A stretch of 64,000 nucleotides of DNA from Thermoproteota archaeon (GTDB taxonomy: Archaea > Korarchaeota > Korarchaeia > Korarchaeales > Korarchaeaceae). The translations under genes and the position numbers were made by a program. Below, piece by piece: positions 60,079-64,000 of this stretch (positions are counted from its first letter, which is position 1; each line of letters opens with the position of its first letter). The notes beneath the pieces were generated by a model that worked only from the letters and a program-made list of their open reading frames with translations, searched no databases and was not told where the DNA came from. The DNA is taken from assembly GCA_027492205.1 (NCBI GenBank), contig JAOZFN010000011.1:129123-193122 (forward strand). Reading direction: 5' to 3'.

Positions 60079-60372
60079 TTGCTAGGAGAGAACCCCATCA
60101 AGGTCCCCGCCGGTAAGAAGCTGAGCGGGGGAGAAGTCGCGCAGGCCCTCAGGCTTGCCGTGATCGCTGAGTTGGACGCGATCAACCTCTACGTCCAGCT
60201 GGCCTCTGCCTGCGAGGATGACGGGGTGAAGAGGCTGTTCCTAGACGTCGCAAAGGAGGAGAAGACCCACGTCGGAGAGTTCCTGGAGGCCTTGCTGAGG
60301 CTCGACCCTGAGCAGGCGAGGGAGCTGGAAGAGGGAAGGAGGGAAGTGGAGGAGATCCTGGGGGGACGGTGA
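60079..60372 (+). CDS. Stand-alone ferritin-like protein (encapsulin-associated Flp/rubrerythrin type)
   Basis: AELDAINLYVQLA...VAKEEKTHVGEF..LDPEQ. TTG start after a GGTGAT RBS. Confidence 0.85.
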   Translation: MLGENPIKVPAGKKLSGGEVAQALRLAVIAELDAINLYVQLASACEDDGVKRLFLDVAKEEKTHVGEFLEALLRLDPEQARELEEGRREVEEILGGR

Positions 60373-60390
60373 GCTTCGATCCGACTAGGT

Positions 60391-61395
60391 TCACCCGAGG
60401 AGGTCCATGGTCACCTCGGCCACGTCTGACCCGTACTCCGCGACCCTCCTCAGGCTCTCCAGGGTGAGACCGAGCCTCACCTTCTTGCCCCTAAGCGCGT
60501 CCGAGACGATTATCGCCTCTAAGATGCGGTCGGCGAGAGGGGATGCCCCCCTCGCCATGCTCAGGGCCTCACCCGCCTTGATCATGTCGAGCGACGTCAG
60601 CGAGTCGGTCGCGAGCCTCAGGACGTCCGCGCCCATTCTGGCCAGCCTTCGCATGTCCTCGAGCCCGCTGAGGGGCTCCTTGAACTTGAGCGCCGACTTG
60701 GCGACGTTTGAGGCGTGATCGCCAATCCTCTCCACGGCCTTTGCCGCGAGCCTGTAGCCCAGGGCGTCCGCCGCCCACCTCAGGCCAACGTCTTCGGGGT
60801 CCAGCCGGCCGGAGACGACCGCGGAGGCCTGCCTCCCGATCAGGAAGTAGAACTTGTCGACCTCCTCGTCCCGGGCAACTATCTCCTCCGCGAGCTCAGC
60901 GTCTCCGCTCAGTAGTGCCTCGGTCGCGTCCGTGACCATGTCTGCGGCCAGTGAGCTCATCCTGTTGAAGGCCCTCGGCGCCGGGAAGTCGGAGTACGTC
61001 CTCATGCACTGGAATGTGAGGGTCCCCCCCTTCTCGGCGACCACCTCAACCCCGACGAGCTTCGACCTCGCGGCGGACTTGAGCTCCCTGGCCCATGCAG
61101 ACTTCCCCCCGAGCTCGACCGTTATTAGGTCCCTGCCCGCGAGGTAGGCCGATATCACCCTCATGATCAGGGACCTGAGGTCGTCGCTCGGCCTAGCCCG
61201 GACGACGACCTCCTGGAATTCCTCCCTGGCCCGCCCGAGGGGGATGAGCTTCAGGCTCTGGTCCGGGAGGATCCTTATCTCGACGAGGTCGTCCTTGGTC
61301 AGCCCGATGCTCCTGGCCCAGGACTTGGGCAGGGTTACGGAGAGCGACGACCTGCCGAGCATCTGGACCTTCCTTATCTCCTTCTCGGGTGGCAT
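60391..61395 (-). CDS. phoU: AbrB-PhoU phosphate uptake regulator
   Basis: RKVQMLGRSSLSVTLPKSW (AbrB), RDEEVDKFY, ERIGDHA, RRVAEYG. Confidence 0.92.
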   Translation of the reverse strand: MPPEKEIRKVQMLGRSSLSVTLPKSWARSIGLTKDDLVEIRILPDQSLKLIPLGRAREEFQEVVVRARPSDDLRSLIMRVISAYLAGRDLITVELGGKSAWARELKSAARSKLVGVEVVAEKGGTLTFQCMRTYSDFPAPRAFNRMSSLAADMVTDATEALLSGDAELAEEIVARDEEVDKFYFLIGRQASAVVSGRLDPEDVGLRWAADALGYRLAAKAVERIGDHASNVAKSALKFKEPLSGLEDMRRLARMGADVLRLATDSLTSLDMIKAGEALSMARGASPLADRILEAIIVSDALRGKKVRLGLTLESLRRVAEYGSDVAEVTMDLLG

Positions 61396-61587
61396 CTCCT
61401 CGAGCGTGCAAGTAAAGCAAATACATATACTTACACGTGGGAGTTCACGGCAAGCGCAAGTATGCGCTGGGGGTCAGACGGGCCCCCCGCAAGATCGTGC
61501 GAGCCCCACCGTCTGGCCCCGATCGGACTGCCGGGGGGTAGGGACCCCCACTGAGGTCCCGCGCGCCCGTCCTGGGGAGCGGAGGGA

Positions 61588-62243
61588 TTACCCCAGGATC
61601 TCCTCCACCAGCATGCCAACGAGGTTGAAGCAGGCGTGGGTCACGACAGCGGTGGCGAGTGACCCGCTGACCGCCCTGAAGAGGCCGGCCAGCAGGCCCA
61701 AGACGAACGCGCCCGTCATGACCGAGGCGAGGTAGACCCGCGGAGCCTTGGAGAACGGCGCCACGTGGACGAGCGAGAAGAGTGCGGCTGGAATGACTAT
61801 GGCGATCCAAAGGGTAGCCCTTGAGCCTGCGCCTAGCGAGGACAGTAGCCGGCCCTCGAGCAGACCCCTGAAGAGCATCTCTTCACCCGCTGGGCCCAGC
61901 GCGAGGGCGAGGGCCAGCCTGCTGGGCAGGTCTCCGGGGAGGAAGGGTGGCCTGTACCCTTGCGCGAGCCTCGAGGCGGGGACCGAGAGGACCAGCGCCG
62001 CTGGGAGGGAGACCGCCAGCGCCCTGAGCGAGGATCCGAGGTCGAGCGTCAGCCCCAGCCCCCCCAGACCCCGGTCAGGCGCGCAAGCGCGAGGGAGAGG
62101 GCGATGAAGAAGACCTGGGACACGGCCGCCAGGACCCGGTCGTCCTTGACCCCGAGCGCGCTCGCCGCCACGGAGGTGAGGGCCATACCCCCGGCGAGGA
62201 CGAGGGCCCAGAGGCCAAGGGCCTCAAGCACCGCTCCGAACAT
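61588..62243 (-). pseudogene. CPBP (CAAX/Abi) intramembrane protease, frameshifted in a G run
   Basis: GEEMLFRG, FSLVH and THACFN motifs. A single shift near 62059-62072 joins the N-terminal TM part. Confidence 0.8.
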
Positions 62244-62345
62244 CGTCTTTCGATCGCTCTGCAATCCCCAAATAAACGTTCCGCGCGCGACGCCCCAGAG
62301 TCTCGATGGGATGCCATTCGGCGTAGACCCGCCCACCTCCCTGTC

Positions 62346-63027
62346 TCACTCGATTTTCCAGGCATCCCGGCCAAGCACGACCAGCAGGTCAGACCACCTC
62401 ATCCCGCCCGCAGCCTCCCCGTAATCCGGGAACTCGAACATATCTCTGATCAGTCTCTCGGGAACGCCTATCCTCCTCCATAGGTCTACCGTCTCTCTGG
62501 ACATCTCCTCCAGCTCCTCCATCGGTATGAGGGAGTCCTGGACCACCCTCTCGGCGAACTCAACCTCGAGCCCTGCGGCCTCGACCAGGTCCACCCAGTA
62601 CTCCAGTGGCCTGTACTCTTCGAACCGCCCCACGCTCTCCATGGCCTCCCGCCAAAGCTCGTAGAACCGGCGAAAGGCCAGGCAGCCCTCGGGTGAGGGC
62701 TCGACTATCAGTACCCTTGGGGCTATCTCGCGGGCGATCGTGAGGGCCCCGCGGTGCCTGGTGGGATCGACCTCGTGGAGGGTGAAGTGGAAGACGGCCA
62801 GGTCTGCGAATCTGCACCTGAAGGGGAGGTTCAGGAAGTCACAGGCCACGACGGCTTCGCAGGAGTCGGCGAACTTCCCTGAGCCTCTCTAGGTCCCGAT
62901 CGACCGCAACGACCTCAGCGCCGAGCTGGAGGAGGCGTCCGGTGGACTCTCCAGCCCCGAAGTCAACGACCTTCAGACCCCTGAAGTTTAGGCCGAGGAT
63001 GGACCAGACGTCCCTCAAGCTCACCAC
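62346..63027 (-). pseudogene. SAM-dependent methyltransferase with a single frameshift
   Basis: VVDFGAG..VAVDRD lies in one frame and CDFLNLPF..FTLHE in the next. There is one extra base near 62875-62880. Confidence 0.8.
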
Positions 63028-63055
63028 CGAAAACTCAGCTCACACCGACCGTCGC

Positions 63056-63418
63056 TCAGATCAGCCTGAGCCCCTCGGCAGCGAGCCTCTCGAAGCGCCT
63101 CCTGTTCTTCGTCTTGAGCGGTATCCCCCTCGAAATCGCGGTTGCCGCGATCACCAGGTCCCTGTCCTCCAGAGTCTCTCCCCTCTCCCTCAGCCCCCTC
63201 CAGAGCCTGGAGGCCGTGAGGATCACGTCGTTGTCGACCCAGAGCACCGAGAAGGTCTCTTCCAGTAGGTCCTTGGCCCTCCCCAGGTCCCTGGTCCCCC
63301 TGACGAACTCGTAGAGGGTGATCTCCGAGATGTAGTGCACCTTGGCCTCGGGGAGCTCTGCCCTACCCCTCACGAAGTCTATGAGGACGTCCGTGTCTAT
63401 CAGGACTCCCTCGCCCAT
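63056..63418 (-). CDS. vapC: VapC PIN-domain toxin
   Basis: LIDTDVLID, ITLYE, DLVIAATA, TKNRRRF. Confidence 0.92.
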   Translation of the reverse strand: MGEGVLIDTDVLIDFVRGRAELPEAKVHYISEITLYEFVRGTRDLGRAKDLLEETFSVLWVDNDVILTASRLWRGLRERGETLEDRDLVIAATAISRGIPLKTKNRRRFERLAAEGLRLI

Positions 63419-63603
63419 CTCCTGACCCTCACGTCCTCGTACTCGAGCTCGAGGAGCTCGTTGAGCTCCCTCCTGGCGGCCTCCATCCTGCTCCTCCTGT
63501 ACTCCGATACCAGGTCCAGGAGGAACTCGTCCCAGCTCCTGGATCCCTTCAGCTTCTCCAGCTCCCTCTTGGTCCCCCTGCTCACCGGTATGGTGGTGCT
63601 CAT
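63400..63603 (-). CDS. vapB: VapB-like antitoxin
   Basis: 67 aa, MSTTIPVSRGTKRELEKLKG..SWDEFL. Overlaps vapC. Confidence 0.85.
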   Translation of the reverse strand: MSTTIPVSRGTKRELEKLKGSRSWDEFLLDLVSEYRRSRMEAARRELNELLELEYEDVRVRRWARES

Positions 63604-63860
63604 CAGGTGTCATTCACGCTTCATTGATTACTAACTATTAACGATTTCGAGGCCGCCGAACTGGCCGGCTGCCTGCGGCGCGCGGCTTCTGCCCAATTAG
63701 CCGCCGCCTGAGAGGGGCGCGATTCTCCGATCGCGGAGTGGCGGATCGGAGTGGATGAGTCCTGTCAGCCCCGACACAGTGTCAAGTGGGGAGGCGCGCC
63801 GGAGGGCAACTTTTTCAGTCAGGGACCGACAAATCGCTTAAAGGAGGAGGATGGCCAGAA

Positions 63861-64000
63861 ATGAGCGAGGCTAAACTCAAGGAGAGGTTGCTGAATCTGC
63901 TGGAGCGTGACAGGGAGCTCAGGTACGCGGTGGCCGGCCTGCTGGGCTACAGGGACGTGCTAGATCGGATGAGGGAGCACGACAGGAAGTTCAACGAGAT
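63861..64000 (+). CDS. Archaeal coiled-coil (DUF3782/PD-(D/E)XK-associated) protein, 5' part
   Basis: GGAGGA-rich leader, then MSEAKLKERLLNLLERDRELRYAVAGLLGY..MREHDRKFNE. Confidence 0.7.
   Translation, partial: MSEAKLKERLLNLLERDRELRYAVAGLLGYRDVLDRMREHDRKFNE

Noticed and set aside
63650-63820. GC-rich intergenic hairpin CTCCGATC...GATCGGAG
   Set aside because: An 8-bp stem is plausible by chance at this GC content, and there is no other support.
1-64000. CRISPR array, tRNA, rRNA or intact transposase
   Set aside because: I recognised no regularly spaced repeats, cloverleaf motifs, rRNA signatures or transposase ORFs by eye.

Overview
GC-rich archaeal chromosomal segment. Evidence: TATA-like promoters, GGAGG/GGTGA ribosome-binding sites, frequent GTG/TTG starts, and archaeal families (AOR, AsnRS-like asparagine synthetase, NurA/HerA, NrpR/DUF128, DUF835, V4R). 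It probably comes from an anaerobic, peptide-fermenting thermophile. The window is mostly transport and catabolism genes, with about seven disrupted genes. I saw no rRNA, tRNA, CRISPR array or intact transposase. The strongest candidate for an undescribed system is 34.5-46.4 kb. There, a peptide-type ABC importer operon with an embedded C45 Ntn-hydrolase and an NrpR-like regulator converges on an operon encoding a His-on B12 enzyme, an opine dehydrogenase and a GlmL/MutL-type reactivase. Both operons carry the same palindrome, CGGCAA-N4-TTACC, just upstream of their first start codon. Other points of interest are a decayed Asp-ligand (gNOR-like) heme-copper oxidase gene, an orphan NurA-HerA pair divergent from a DUF429/MBL pair, a MacB-type ABC system with a long coiled-coil surface protein, and a candidate structured ncRNA at 32.7 kb. 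All family calls come from motif recognition by eye, not database searches.
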